Source: Verrucomicrobiia bacterium (GTDB lineage Bacteria; Verrucomicrobiota; Verrucomicrobiia; Limisphaerales; UBA1319). From it: DNA of 64,000 nt. Under the pieces are notes generated by a model that was given only the letters and a program-made list of their open reading frames with translations, was not told the DNA's origin and searched no databases. Numbering within the stretch: the first letter of the stretch is position 1; every line of letters starts with the position of its first letter. The stretch is from assembly GCA_963664225.1 (NCBI GenBank), contig OY760937.1, positions 3,008,001-3,072,000 on the forward strand, given 5' to 3'. A program made the translations under genes and the position numbers. Positions 19,963-29,486 of this stretch are shown here, piece by piece.

Positions 19963-20081
19963 CGCAGTATTGGAGGGGGAAGGAGTGTTCAATGCATGGA
20001 TTCAGCAAAAAAGGCCAATCGGCCATCAAAACACAGCATTTGGCACGTTCAAGGCGCCGCAGGCCGGGCTGTCAGTCCGGG

Positions 20082-20097
20082 TGGCATCCCTATTGCT
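20082..20097 (+). promoter_or_regulatory. Sigma-54 (-24/-12) promoter
   Basis: TGGCATCCCTATTGCT fits TGGCAY-N5-TTGC with exact GG-N10-GC spacing. Confidence 0.8.
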
Positions 20098-20200
20098 AGG
20101 AGGATGTTTGAAACGCATGGGACTGGGACTAATGTACTGTTGTCACAGCCAATTTGGACCGGGTCCCACAAACTCAAAAAAACGGGAAGTGAGAGCAGTT

Positions 20201-20776
20201 ATGAAGAGAATCATTAAATCGACATTGTTGGCCGGAGCGGTCCTATTGTTTTCGGGGTCGGCGTCCCTTTGGGCGCAACCCGCCGCGGGAGGTCCCGGCG
20301 GCGGTCCGGGAAATTTCGATCCGGCGCAGATGCAGCAACGGATGATGGATCGTTTTCGCGAACAGTTGGACGTCAAGAGCGATGACGAATGGAAGCTGAT
20401 CCAGACGCGCATTGAAAAAGTCATGACCGCCCGGCGCGAAGCCGGCGGCATGGGAATGGGCGGGATGGGCATGATGGGGCCCCGCCGCCAGCAGCAGCAA
20501 GGTCAGGACGCCCAGGCCGCCCCCAGCACGAACAATCAGCAGCGCCGTCAGCGCGGCGGGATGTTCGGTCCCCAGACGCCCAATCCGGACGCGGAAGCGC
20601 TCCAGAAGGTGATCGAGTCCAAGGGATCGAAAGAGGAAGTCAAAGCCAAGCTGGATGCCTACCGCGCGTCGATGAAGACCAAGGAGGCGAATCTGGAGAA
20701 GGCCCAGTCGGACCTGCAGCAGGTTCTCTCGGTCAGCCAGGAGGCCCAATGCGTCCTGATGGGACTCTTGAAGTAG
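20201..20776 (+). CDS. Periplasmic helical protein, Spy/CpxP/ZraP-like
   Basis: Signal peptide ending SLWA-Q; Gly/Met/Gln-rich linkers; helical segments; C-term LQQVLSVSQEAQ resembles an LTxxQ motif. Confidence 0.55.
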   Translation: MKRIIKSTLLAGAVLLFSGSASLWAQPAAGGPGGGPGNFDPAQMQQRMMDRFREQLDVKSDDEWKLIQTRIEKVMTARREAGGMGMGGMGMMGPRRQQQQGQDAQAAPSTNNQQRRQRGGMFGPQTPNPDAEALQKVIESKGSKEEVKAKLDAYRASMKTKEANLEKAQSDLQQVLSVSQEAQCVLMGLLK

Positions 20777-20811
20777 TCTGAACGCGGATTGCAGGAAAAA
20801 GCGATTTACCC

Positions 20812-22491
20812 ATGGCGGATATGCAGGAATTGCTGGGTCAAATGATTGAGAGGCGGCAGATGTCGCCCCGGGATGCGGAACTGCTGGCACACCAGTGCCA
20901 GCAGGGCCGCAATCCGGCCGTTCAAAGCGAGGATGATGTGCTGCGCTGGCTGGCCCAGGAATATGACCTGAGCTTTTCGGCGCTGGAAGGCATCGAACTC
21001 GACCGCCAGTTACTGTCGCTTTTTCCCGCCCGCATCTTATTCAAGGAGCAGGTATTACCCCTGAGCCGGACCAACGGAACGGTGGAGATTGCCACCAGCC
21101 GTTTGTTTTCCACCCAGGGTCTGGATGCGCTCAAGACCCTGACCGGTCTGAAACTCAAGCCGGTGCTGGCACCCACGGAGGCCATTCAGCGCGAGATCAA
21201 GAAACAGTTGGGCGTTGGCGCGGACACGCTGGGCACGCTCGAGGAAGAGACCCCTCTCCAGGTGGTGGACGAGGATCGGGACGAGGATACCAATCTGGAC
21301 AGCGCGGCGGAGGATGCCTCGATCATCCGGTTCGTCAATCAGGTGCTCCACGACGCGGTGGAATTGCGGGCCTCGGATATTCATCTGGAGCCATTTGAGA
21401 ACGAACTGCAAATCCGCTACCGCATTGACGGCGTGCTCCAGGAAGTGCCCGTTCCCCCGCAAATCAAACGCTTTCAGCCGGCCATCGTCTCCCGCGTCAA
21501 GATTTTGAGCCATTTGAACATCGCCGAAAAACGACTGCCCCAGGACGGACGCATCAAGATCCGCTCGGACAAAATCGAGATCGACATCCGCGTGTCGATC
21601 ATTCCCATGCTGCATGGGGAGGCGGTGGTCCTGCGTCTTTTGCGCCAGGACACCTCGTTGTTCAACATGTCCGACCTGGGCATGGCGGACCGGGAATACA
21701 AACTTTTCAAGTCGGTGCTGGGGATGCCGCATGGGATCATGCTGGTGACCGGGCCGACCGGCAGCGGCAAGACGAGCACGCTTTACACCGCGTTGAACGA
21801 AATCAACGACAAGGTGCGCAAGATCATCACGATTGAAGACCCCATCGAATATCAGATGCGCGGGATCAACCAGATTCAGGTTTCCGAGAAATCGGGCCTG
21901 ACATTTGCAAGGGGATTGCGTTCGATTTTGCGCCACGATCCCGATGTGGTGCTGATTGGTGAAATTCGCGATGAAGAGACGGCGCAGATCGCCGTGCAAG
22001 CCTCGCTCACAGGGCATCTGGTGTTTTCCACGCTGCACACGAATGACGCGCCCGGGGCGCTGACACGCCTGGTGGACATGAACGTGGAGCCTTACCTGGT
22101 GGCCTCGTCGCTGGAGGCGGTGCTGGCGCAACGGCTGGTGCGTGTGCTCTGCCCGCACTGCAAAACGGTGGATGATTCGCCGGCGGCCAGGGCCTTGACG
22201 GAAGAAGAGCCGCAACTGCACGGGGCGAAGTTGTTCCGGGCGGTCGGATGCCGGGAATGCCGGGAGACGGGTTATTTCAGCCGGCACGCCATTTTTGAAA
22301 TGATGGTGCTGGATAACGAGATCCGGCGGATGATTCTCAAGAGTTGCTCCAGCGGGGAAATTCTTGAGGTGGCCCGGCGCAACGGGCTCAGAACCCTGCG
22401 CCAGGACGGCTGGCGGTTGGTGCACGAGGGAGTGACCACGGCGGACGAAGTCATGCGTGTCACCAAGGATCAGGCCACGATCCGGGAGTAA
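20812..22491 (+). CDS. gspE: Type II secretion/T4P assembly ATPase GspE/PilB family
   Basis: ASDIHLEP, RLPQDGR, Walker A GPTGSGKT, TIEDPIEY, LRHDPDVVLIGEIRD, TGHLVFSTLHTN, CPHC..CREC. Confidence 0.96.
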   Translation: MADMQELLGQMIERRQMSPRDAELLAHQCQQGRNPAVQSEDDVLRWLAQEYDLSFSALEGIELDRQLLSLFPARILFKEQVLPLSRTNGTVEIATSRLFSTQGLDALKTLTGLKLKPVLAPTEAIQREIKKQLGVGADTLGTLEEETPLQVVDEDRDEDTNLDSAAEDASIIRFVNQVLHDAVELRASDIHLEPFENELQIRYRIDGVLQEVPVPPQIKRFQPAIVSRVKILSHLNIAEKRLPQDGRIKIRSDKIEIDIRVSIIPMLHGEAVVLRLLRQDTSLFNMSDLGMADREYKLFKSVLGMPHGIMLVTGPTGSGKTSTLYTALNEINDKVRKIITIEDPIEYQMRGINQIQVSEKSGLTFARGLRSILRHDPDVVLIGEIRDEETAQIAVQASLTGHLVFSTLHTNDAPGALTRLVDMNVEPYLVASSLEAVLAQRLVRVLCPHCKTVDDSPAARALTEEEPQLHGAKLFRAVGCRECRETGYFSRHAIFEMMVLDNEIRRMILKSCSSGEILEVARRNGLRTLRQDGWRLVHEGVTTADEVMRVTKDQATIRE

Positions 22492-22734
22492 CGCCATGAC
22501 CCATCCCGGTAAGAGCATGACCAGGTTCGCAAAAGGGGCTTCCAGCGGGGAGACGCCAGCGATACAACCCGACTTCTGCGGCACAAACCTGCCTTCATTA
22601 ACTTCAATTGCGGGTGGCCACAGGTCCTCGCAGGCAGGGACGTCTGCACTACAGCCCAATTTCCAGTGGAGGGATGCCGCGGAAACCTTCCGGCAAGGCC
22701 CCCTGCGCCACAGCCCAATTTTCAGGAGGCTCGC

Positions 22735-23976
22735 ATGATCGCATTTGAATACCGGGCGATCGAGCCCAAGGGAACGGTGGTTACCGGGAACCTCCAGGCC
22801 GAAGGGCGGCAGGACGCCTTTCGCCAGTTGGAGGCCAAAGGCCTGAGACCCCTCAAGCTTGCCGAGACCAATGCCGCCACCGGCACGGCCAAGGACAAGG
22901 ACGACGCGAAGGGTTGGAACCTGGAATTGCGGTCGAACAAGATCACGGCGCGGATGCTCGAGGATTTCACGCGGCTGCTATCGAACCTTCTTGCGGCGGG
23001 CATTTCTCTGAGCCGCGCCCTGGTGATTCTGCACCGGGAAGCCCCGTCTCCCGCAGCGGCGGAGAAGTGGAAGGCGATTCATGACCGGGTGGTGGACGGA
23101 ATGTCCCTGGCGGACGCGATGGCCCTGTCCCCGGAGGTGTTTCCGAGGGTTTATGTGGCCATGGTGCAGGCGGGCGAGGCGGGCGGCTTTTTGGACGTGG
23201 TGCTGGCGCAGATCGCGGATTTTCAGGCGCGGGACAAGGAAATGCGCTCGAAGATGCTCACGGCGATGCTTTACCCGATGATTTTGCTGGTGCTGGCGGT
23301 GGGGGTGTTGATCTTCCTGCTGGTTTTCTTTATTCCACAGTTTCAGCTTTTGTTTGCCGGGTTTGGCGCGGCGCTGCCCTTGATCACCCAGATCATCGTC
23401 GGGGCCAGCGTGGTGGTGCGCACCTATGGACTGTTCGTGGCGGCGGCGATCGCGATTGTGTTTTTCTCGGTCCGCAACTGGTTCAAATCCCCGGCGGGCA
23501 GCCGTGTATGGGAGAAATTGATGTTGCGAATGCCCGTGGTGGGGCCGCTGGTGGCGAAGTTCGCCATGGCGCGCTTTTGCCGGATGCTCGGGACGCTGCT
23601 GGGCGCGGGGGTGCCCTTGATCAACGGGTTGAACGTGGCGCGCAAATCGCTGGGCAACCAAATGCTGACCGATGCGGTGGCCGAATCGATTGAGCGGGTG
23701 CAAAAGGGCGATCCCCTGGGAACAAGCCTTTCGGGCTGCAAAGAGCTGTTCAGCGGTTCGGTGCGGGAGATGATTTCTGTGGCGGAGGAAACGGGGCGAC
23801 TGGACCAGGAACTGGTGCGTCTGGCCAATGTGACCGAGGTGGACCTGGACCGTCAGTTGAAAACGGCCGTGGCATTCGCGGAGCCGGTGATGCTCTTTGT
23901 GATCGCCGGGTTCATTGGCACCATCTTCATCGGCATGGTCATCCCCATATTCTCAGTTCAGGATTATATTAAATAA
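22735..23976 (+). CDS. gspF: Type II secretion inner-membrane platform protein GspF
   Basis: FEYRAI, MVQAGEAGG.LD, AMLYP, EETGRLD, EPVM..; GGAGG RBS before 22735. Confidence 0.94.
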   Translation: MIAFEYRAIEPKGTVVTGNLQAEGRQDAFRQLEAKGLRPLKLAETNAATGTAKDKDDAKGWNLELRSNKITARMLEDFTRLLSNLLAAGISLSRALVILHREAPSPAAAEKWKAIHDRVVDGMSLADAMALSPEVFPRVYVAMVQAGEAGGFLDVVLAQIADFQARDKEMRSKMLTAMLYPMILLVLAVGVLIFLLVFFIPQFQLLFAGFGAALPLITQIIVGASVVVRTYGLFVAAAIAIVFFSVRNWFKSPAGSRVWEKLMLRMPVVGPLVAKFAMARFCRMLGTLLGAGVPLINGLNVARKSLGNQMLTDAVAESIERVQKGDPLGTSLSGCKELFSGSVREMISVAEETGRLDQELVRLANVTEVDLDRQLKTAVAFAEPVMLFVIAGFIGTIFIGMVIPIFSVQDYIK

Positions 23977-23995
23977 ACCCAATAAAAAGACGTTT

Positions 23996-24454
23996 ATGCA
24001 AATCAACACGCGCATCGCGCTTCGAAACAAACTCGGATCCCGCAGCGGCTTCACGCTGGTGGAATTACTGCTGGTGCTGGTGATTCTGGCCACCCTGGCG
24101 GCCATTGTGGTTCCCAAATTCTCAGGCCGCACCGAACAGGCGCGGGTGACGGCGGCCCAGACCCAGATCTCCAACTTCGGCGTGGCGCTGGATTCCTTCG
24201 AAGTGGACTGCGGCTTTTATCCCAAGGGCAAATCCGGGTTGCAGGACCTGGTGACACAGCCCCGGGACGCCGCCAACTGGCACGGGCCTTATATCAAGGG
24301 CGAGATTCCCAAGGATCCATGGGGCAACGAATACGTTTATGAATGCCCCGGCAAACATAACGACAAATCCTACGACATCATGTCGATGGGGCCCGACGGA
24401 CGGACCGGCGGGGATGACGACATCTGCAACTGGCAGACCAACTCGAAGAAGTAA
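23996..24454 (+). CDS. gspG: Major pseudopilin GspG
   Basis: SGFTLVELLLVLVILATLAAIVVPK; WHGPYI, PKDPWGNEYVY, SMGPDG..GGDDDI.NW. Confidence 0.95.
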   Translation: MQINTRIALRNKLGSRSGFTLVELLLVLVILATLAAIVVPKFSGRTEQARVTAAQTQISNFGVALDSFEVDCGFYPKGKSGLQDLVTQPRDAANWHGPYIKGEIPKDPWGNEYVYECPGKHNDKSYDIMSMGPDGRTGGDDDICNWQTNSKK

Positions 24455-24456
24455 TC

Positions 24457-25014
24457 ATGCGGTTCCCGGCAAACAACGTGGCGTTCACCCTGGTGGAACT
24501 CATCCTGGTGATGGCGCTGCTGACGATCGTCATGGCGGTGGCCGCGCCCTCGTTGTCCAAGTTTTTTCGCAGCCGGGATATCGAGACGGAGGCGGGTCGT
24601 TTTGTGGCGCTGACGCGCTACGGACAAAGCCAGGCGGTGTCGCTGGGTAAACCGATGGTTTTGTGGGTGGATCCCCAGGAGGGCTGTTACGGATTGGATG
24701 AGCAGGGAACCTCGCCAGCCAACAGGGTCCGAACTGGCAACGACCGCAATAAAACCCAGACGGGCGTGAGCGATGGGAGCGGGCGGTATTTCGAACTGCG
24801 CGAGCACAGCAGCATCGAAGTGAGCCGCACGGACCAGCTCACCAATGGACTGGCCTCCATGCGATTCACGCCGGACGGGGCCATCGATGAGAACAGTGTG
24901 CGGCAGGTATTCATCCGGGACGATGAGGACAGCGCCATCCCGGTCCAGCAATCACGCAACCGGTTGTATTATGAAATTGGGCCACGCACCAACATGGTCA
25001 ACGCGAGGCGTTAG
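24457..25014 (+). CDS. gspH: Minor pseudopilin GspH/FimT-like
   Basis: AFTLVELILVMALL..AAPSL; RFTPDG; position after gspG. Confidence 0.85.
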   Translation: MRFPANNVAFTLVELILVMALLTIVMAVAAPSLSKFFRSRDIETEAGRFVALTRYGQSQAVSLGKPMVLWVDPQEGCYGLDEQGTSPANRVRTGNDRNKTQTGVSDGSGRYFELREHSSIEVSRTDQLTNGLASMRFTPDGAIDENSVRQVFIRDDEDSAIPVQQSRNRLYYEIGPRTNMVNARR

Positions 25015-25366
25015 GCGGGCGTTCACCTTCGCGGAGGTGCTGGCGGCACTGGCCTTCATGGCCATTGTTGTGCCGGTGGCCATGCGGGGCGTGCAGGTGG
25101 CCAACCGCGCGGGAGCCGTGGCCGCGCGCAAGGGGGTGGCAACCCGACTGGCGGAAACGAAGCTGCAGGACCTGGTGGCGACGGGGGATTGGCGCACCGG
25201 AGTGCGACAGGGACAATTTGAAGGGCAATGGAAAGATTACCGGTGGCGGTCGTTGAATGAGACCTGGAGCCAGGACAGCATGCGGCTGATCTCGGTGGAA
25301 GTGACTTACGTGGTTCAAAACCAGGATTACACCGTTCTTTTGGGATCCCTGGTGGTAAACAATTGA
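24971..25366 (+). CDS. gspI: Minor pseudopilin GspI-like
   Basis: RAFTFAEVLAALAFMAIV prepilin motif; short; YRWR..ISVEVTY. Confidence 0.85.
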   Translation: MKLGHAPTWSTRGVRRAFTFAEVLAALAFMAIVVPVAMRGVQVANRAGAVAARKGVATRLAETKLQDLVATGDWRTGVRQGQFEGQWKDYRWRSLNETWSQDSMRLISVEVTYVVQNQDYTVLLGSLVVNN

Positions 25367-26145
25367 TGAAAGCGATCCATGTCATGCGGTCAGGCCGGCG
25401 CCTCCCGGGGTTCACCCTGGTGGAGGTGCTTGTGGCCACCGTTTGCATTGCGATCGTCATTCTGGCGCTCAATTCCACCATCTTCACCGCCATGCGGCTG
25501 CGCACGAAAACGACGGAACTGGTGGAAAAGGCCATTCCGTTGCAACATGCGCTGACCCTGATCACCCGGGACTTGCAGGGGATCATGGCCTCCAACGGAA
25601 CCCTGGCGGGATCGTTGACCGCAGGAACCTCCCTGAGCACCGGATCCGCGCAGATGGGCGCCAACTCGGGCACCGCCCAGCCGGGATCGATTCAGTTCCG
25701 CACCTCGACGGGCGTGATCAGCGACGATGAAGAGGTTTACTGGGGGGACGTTCAAAACGTGTCCTATTATTTGCGCCAGTCCAGCACCTCCGATGACACT
25801 TCCGCTCCTGGAAAGGAACTGGTGCGGGCTGTGACGCGCAACCTCCTGGCCGTCAATACGAACGATTTGACCGAACTGCCGCTCCTGGATGGGATCAAAA
25901 CCCTGGAGTATCTGTTCTACGACGGCACGCAATGGACCAATGCCTGGGATTCGACGGTGGCCAGTCCCGCATTGCCGCAGGCCATCAAGCTGGTCATCAC
26001 GATGGAGCCGGATGAGGACCAAAACCAAAACCACCAAAACCACCAAAACCAGATACAGCTCCAGACGCCCTTTGAAATCACGGTTCCCGTGCTTGTTCAA
26101 ACCCGGTCCAATGTGACGGCGTCGGCCAGCGGAGGTGGAATGTGA
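25363..26145 (+). CDS. gspJ: Minor pseudopilin GspJ-like
   Basis: GFTLVEVLVA; ITRDL; FYDGTQWTNAWDS...LPQAIKL. Confidence 0.87.
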   Translation: MMKAIHVMRSGRRLPGFTLVEVLVATVCIAIVILALNSTIFTAMRLRTKTTELVEKAIPLQHALTLITRDLQGIMASNGTLAGSLTAGTSLSTGSAQMGANSGTAQPGSIQFRTSTGVISDDEEVYWGDVQNVSYYLRQSSTSDDTSAPGKELVRAVTRNLLAVNTNDLTELPLLDGIKTLEYLFYDGTQWTNAWDSTVASPALPQAIKLVITMEPDEDQNQNHQNHQNQIQLQTPFEITVPVLVQTRSNVTASASGGGM

Positions 26146-27527
26146 AGGTGCTCGCGATCATCAACGTGGGAGCAGGCACGATGCGGCGGCGAAGCGGCCA
26201 GGGTGGAACGTGCGGCTCGGTGTTGATCATTGTCCTGTGGATTGCCTTCGGGCTGGTGAGCATCGCCCTTTATTTCGGGCATTCGATGGTCTTTGCCTAT
26301 CGCGCCTCCGACCAATACCAGGCGGGTGTGGAAGCGGACCTGGCGATGGAGGGGGCGGCGCGTTACGTCGGCTACATCCTCACCAACGCGGCCAGCATCG
26401 GCCAGATTCCCGAAACGAACGCCTATCTGACGGCGGGGGTTTCCATCGGCAACTCGACGTTCTGGCTGATCGGTCGGGGCGATCCGGAGGCCCGGCAGAC
26501 GGTGCCCACCTATGGCCTGATCGATGAGGCGTCGAAATTGAATCTCAACACCGCCACCACGAACATGCTCGAGGGTCTGCCGCGCATGACACCGGAACTG
26601 GCGGCGGCCATCATCGACTGGCGCGATTCCGATGAGGAGGCCACGAGCGGTGGGGCTGAGGCTGAATATTATCAACGGCGCAATCCGCCCTATTATTGCA
26701 AGAACGCGCCTTTTGAAACCATCGAAGAATTGCGTCTGGTGGCGGGAACCGACCTGACCATCCTTTACGGGGAGGACGCCAATTTGAACGGGATTCTCGA
26801 TGCGAACGAGAACGATGGTAATGCCTCGCCGCCGGATGACAACCGCGACGGCAAGCTCGATCCGGGCATTCTGGAATATGTGACGGTGTTTTCGCGGGAG
26901 TCCAATATTCGCACCAACGGGGAGCCGCGGATCAATGTGAACAGCTCGACGAATAATGCCGCGCTCAGGACGTTATTGCAGACGGCGATCGGGCAGCAGC
27001 GCGCCGGCCAGGTGCAGAGCCGGATTTCGGCGGGCGCGGGACGGTGGCGCAGCCTGCTGGAAGTCTATCTCAACAGCGGAATGACGACGGCGGAATTCGG
27101 GCTGGTTTACAACGACATCAGTGTGACCAACCGGGCGCAGATCGAGGGCCTGATCAATATCAATACGGCCCCCGCCGCCGTGCTGGCCTGCATTCCCGGC
27201 ATCGGTCCGGACAATGCGCCCCAGGTGCTGGCCTACCGCCTTTCCAAAACGGTGGACGAACTTAAATCCGTGGCCTGGATCACACAAGTGCTCGACCGGG
27301 CCTCCGCGATGGCGGCGGGCCCCTACATCACCACCCAGAGCTACCAATTCTCCGCGGACATCGCGGTCACAGGCCATGATGGCAAGGGCTATCGGCGTAG
27401 CCTGTTTGTTTTCGATACGAGCGAAGGCGCGTCCAAGATTCTCTACCGCCGCGATCGCGGGCGTTTGGGCTGGGCACTGGGCGCCGAATCCCGGACCGGC
27501 CGGACGCAAGGAAAGTTAATTCGTTAA
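26142..27527 (+). CDS. gspK: Minor pseudopilin GspK-like
   Basis: GSVLIIVLWI, DEASKLNLN, IIDWRD.D, PFETIEELRLV, ININTA helix-hairpin-helix. Confidence 0.9.
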   Translation: MKVLAIINVGAGTMRRRSGQGGTCGSVLIIVLWIAFGLVSIALYFGHSMVFAYRASDQYQAGVEADLAMEGAARYVGYILTNAASIGQIPETNAYLTAGVSIGNSTFWLIGRGDPEARQTVPTYGLIDEASKLNLNTATTNMLEGLPRMTPELAAAIIDWRDSDEEATSGGAEAEYYQRRNPPYYCKNAPFETIEELRLVAGTDLTILYGEDANLNGILDANENDGNASPPDDNRDGKLDPGILEYVTVFSRESNIRTNGEPRINVNSSTNNAALRTLLQTAIGQQRAGQVQSRISAGAGRWRSLLEVYLNSGMTTAEFGLVYNDISVTNRAQIEGLININTAPAAVLACIPGIGPDNAPQVLAYRLSKTVDELKSVAWITQVLDRASAMAAGPYITTQSYQFSADIAVTGHDGKGYRRSLFVFDTSEGASKILYRRDRGRLGWALGAESRTGRTQGKLIR

Positions 27528-28963
27528 TGAAACTGTTTAAATCATATCGCCCCTCGTCGGTGTTGGGCCTGGCGTTGGAAGGCCGCCAGCTCGAAGGAGT
27601 CTTGTTGCGACGCTCCAATGGAGGGTTCATGGTGGCGCGCCGATTGCACACCACACTCTCCCTGGATCTCCTGACGGACGATCCGGAACTGGTGGGCCGT
27701 GAAATCCGCAATCACCTCGAGGAGGTGGGCATCCACGAGCGCCGGTGCGTGATGTGCGTGCCCCTGCAATGGGCGTTGACGCTCTCGGTGCCGGTTCCCG
27801 ACCTGTCCGCGGAGGATGCGGAAGCCTTTCTGCACATGGAAGCCGAACGGAGCTTTCCCTATTCGCCTGACGATCTTTCGATCATCCAATCCCGGCATGT
27901 CGATGCCAGGGGCGGCGGTTATGTCTCGCAGGTGGCCATTCCCAAGGCCCACCTGGCGCGCGTGGAACAATCTCTGCGGGCCGCGCGGCTCAAGCCGGTA
28001 AGTTTTTCTCTGGGGATCACCACGCTCACTGCGGTGGCGCCCACCACGGAGGGTTTGCTCACGCTGACGCTGGGGGAAGGTTCCGTGGAATTGCAGGTTT
28101 CAACCGGCGGCGGGGTGGCGGCGCTCCGAACCATCGAGGGCGCCTTTGAAACCGACGGTGGCAGGACCTGCGCGGATGCGGATCTGGTGAGCCGGGAAAT
28201 CCGCATCACCCTTGGCCAATTGCCCAAGGCGCTGCGGGATCCCATCAAGCGGGTGCGGGTGTTTGGCCCCGAGACCGGGGTGCATCCATTGCTCGACGAA
28301 CTCCGGCCCGGCCTCAAGGAAATGAACCTGGCGTGTGAGCAGGGGGTTCTGCCGTCGATCGATGGATTCGATTCTCTGGCACCCGGACAAAGCGGGGCGG
28401 CCGGAGCGGCGGCTCTTGCGGCGGTTTGGCTCAAGGGGGAGGAACCGGATTTCGAATTTTTGCCGCCGCGCCAGAATCCCATGACCCAGATGCTCACGCG
28501 GTTCTCCTCGCGGCGTGTGCTCTATGCGGGGGCGGCGGTGGGGGCGGTGGCGCTGGTGGTGGCACTGATGTTTTCCTGGCAGCAATGGAAGCTCTCCTCG
28601 CTGGAATCGCGCTGGCGGGAGATCAAGCCGCGTGTGGAGGACATTGTGGCCATCCAGCAGCAGATGCGAAAATTCCGGCCGTGGTTCGATGTCTCGGCGG
28701 AGAACCTGCGCGTGCTGCGCAAGCTCACCGAGGCGTTTCCCGTGGAAGGTTCGGTCACAGCGAAGACGCTGGAAATAAAGGATTTGACCGAAATCAATTG
28801 CTCGGGCCAGGCCCGGGACAACCAGGCGATGCTCAAGCTGCTGGATCAATTGCGGGTGTCTCCGGCGATCAGCGATGTGAAAGTCCAGCAGGTGCGCGGC
28901 AAGTCTCCCCTGCTATTCAATCTGAGCTTTCGATGGACGGAAGGGGCAAGCCATGAAAATTAA
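27527..28963 (+). CDS. GspL / PilM-PilN-like alignment protein
   Basis: Cytoplasmic actin-like N-part, single TM, C-terminal PilN-like fold (SGQARDNQAMLKLLDQL); position after gspK. Confidence 0.72.
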   Translation: MKLFKSYRPSSVLGLALEGRQLEGVLLRRSNGGFMVARRLHTTLSLDLLTDDPELVGREIRNHLEEVGIHERRCVMCVPLQWALTLSVPVPDLSAEDAEAFLHMEAERSFPYSPDDLSIIQSRHVDARGGGYVSQVAIPKAHLARVEQSLRAARLKPVSFSLGITTLTAVAPTTEGLLTLTLGEGSVELQVSTGGGVAALRTIEGAFETDGGRTCADADLVSREIRITLGQLPKALRDPIKRVRVFGPETGVHPLLDELRPGLKEMNLACEQGVLPSIDGFDSLAPGQSGAAGAAALAAVWLKGEEPDFEFLPPRQNPMTQMLTRFSSRRVLYAGAAVGAVALVVALMFSWQQWKLSSLESRWREIKPRVEDIVAIQQQMRKFRPWFDVSAENLRVLRKLTEAFPVEGSVTAKTLEIKDLTEINCSGQARDNQAMLKLLDQLRVSPAISDVKVQQVRGKSPLLFNLSFRWTEGASHEN

Positions 28964-29486
28964 GAATCGCGAGAAATTATTGCTGTTGGGCGCGGCCCTG
29001 GTGGTGGGGCTGCTGGTGGGGGATAAACTGGTGCTCACGCCCCTGACGCGGGTCTGGACGGCGCGTTCGAAGGCAATCGCGGACCTTACCAAATCACTCA
29101 ACGACGGCTCGGTGCTGCTGAGCCGGGAACGCGATGTGCGCGAGCGCTGGACGGGCATGACCAGCAACACGCTTCCGGCCAATGTCTCGATGGGCGAGAG
29201 CATCGTCCTCAAGGCCGTGGACCGCTGGGTGCAGGCCAGCCAGATCAGTTTCACGTCGATCAAACCGCAATGGAAACAGAACGCCGAGGATTACATGACG
29301 CTGGAATGCCGGGTGGATGCCTTTGGAGGGATGGAAGCCCTGACCCGTTTTCTATACGAGATGGAGACCGATCCCCTGGCCATCAAGGTGGAGGATCTGG
29401 AAATTACCGCGCGCGACACGGCTGGACAACAGCTCTCTCTGGGCGTGCGCTTCACCGGCCTGATGCTGACTCCCGAGAAAAAATGA
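28953..29486 (+). CDS. GspM / PilO-like protein
   Basis: MKIKNREKLLL + TM, C-terminal ALTRFLYEME..IKVEDLEI. Confidence 0.72.
   Translation: MKIKNREKLLLLGAALVVGLLVGDKLVLTPLTRVWTARSKAIADLTKSLNDGSVLLSRERDVRERWTGMTSNTLPANVSMGESIVLKAVDRWVQASQISFTSIKPQWKQNAEDYMTLECRVDAFGGMEALTRFLYEMETDPLAIKVEDLEITARDTAGQQLSLGVRFTGLMLTPEKK

Noticed and set aside
20040..20056. Second sigma-54 site at TTGGCACGTTCAAGGCG
   Set aside because: The -12 GC is mis-spaced (GG-N11-GC); the site at 20082 fits exactly.
21055..22659. Long antisense ORFs (also 41668-43380, 48495-50348, 4698-6071, 2042-3385, 30514-31767)
   Set aside because: They are shadows of well-supported opposite-strand genes in high-GC DNA and carry no recognisable motifs.
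26017..26052. CAAAAC(CAC) microsatellite in gspJ as a phase-variation switch
   Set aside because: Units are 6 or 9 bp, so slippage keeps the frame; it encodes a QN/H linker.
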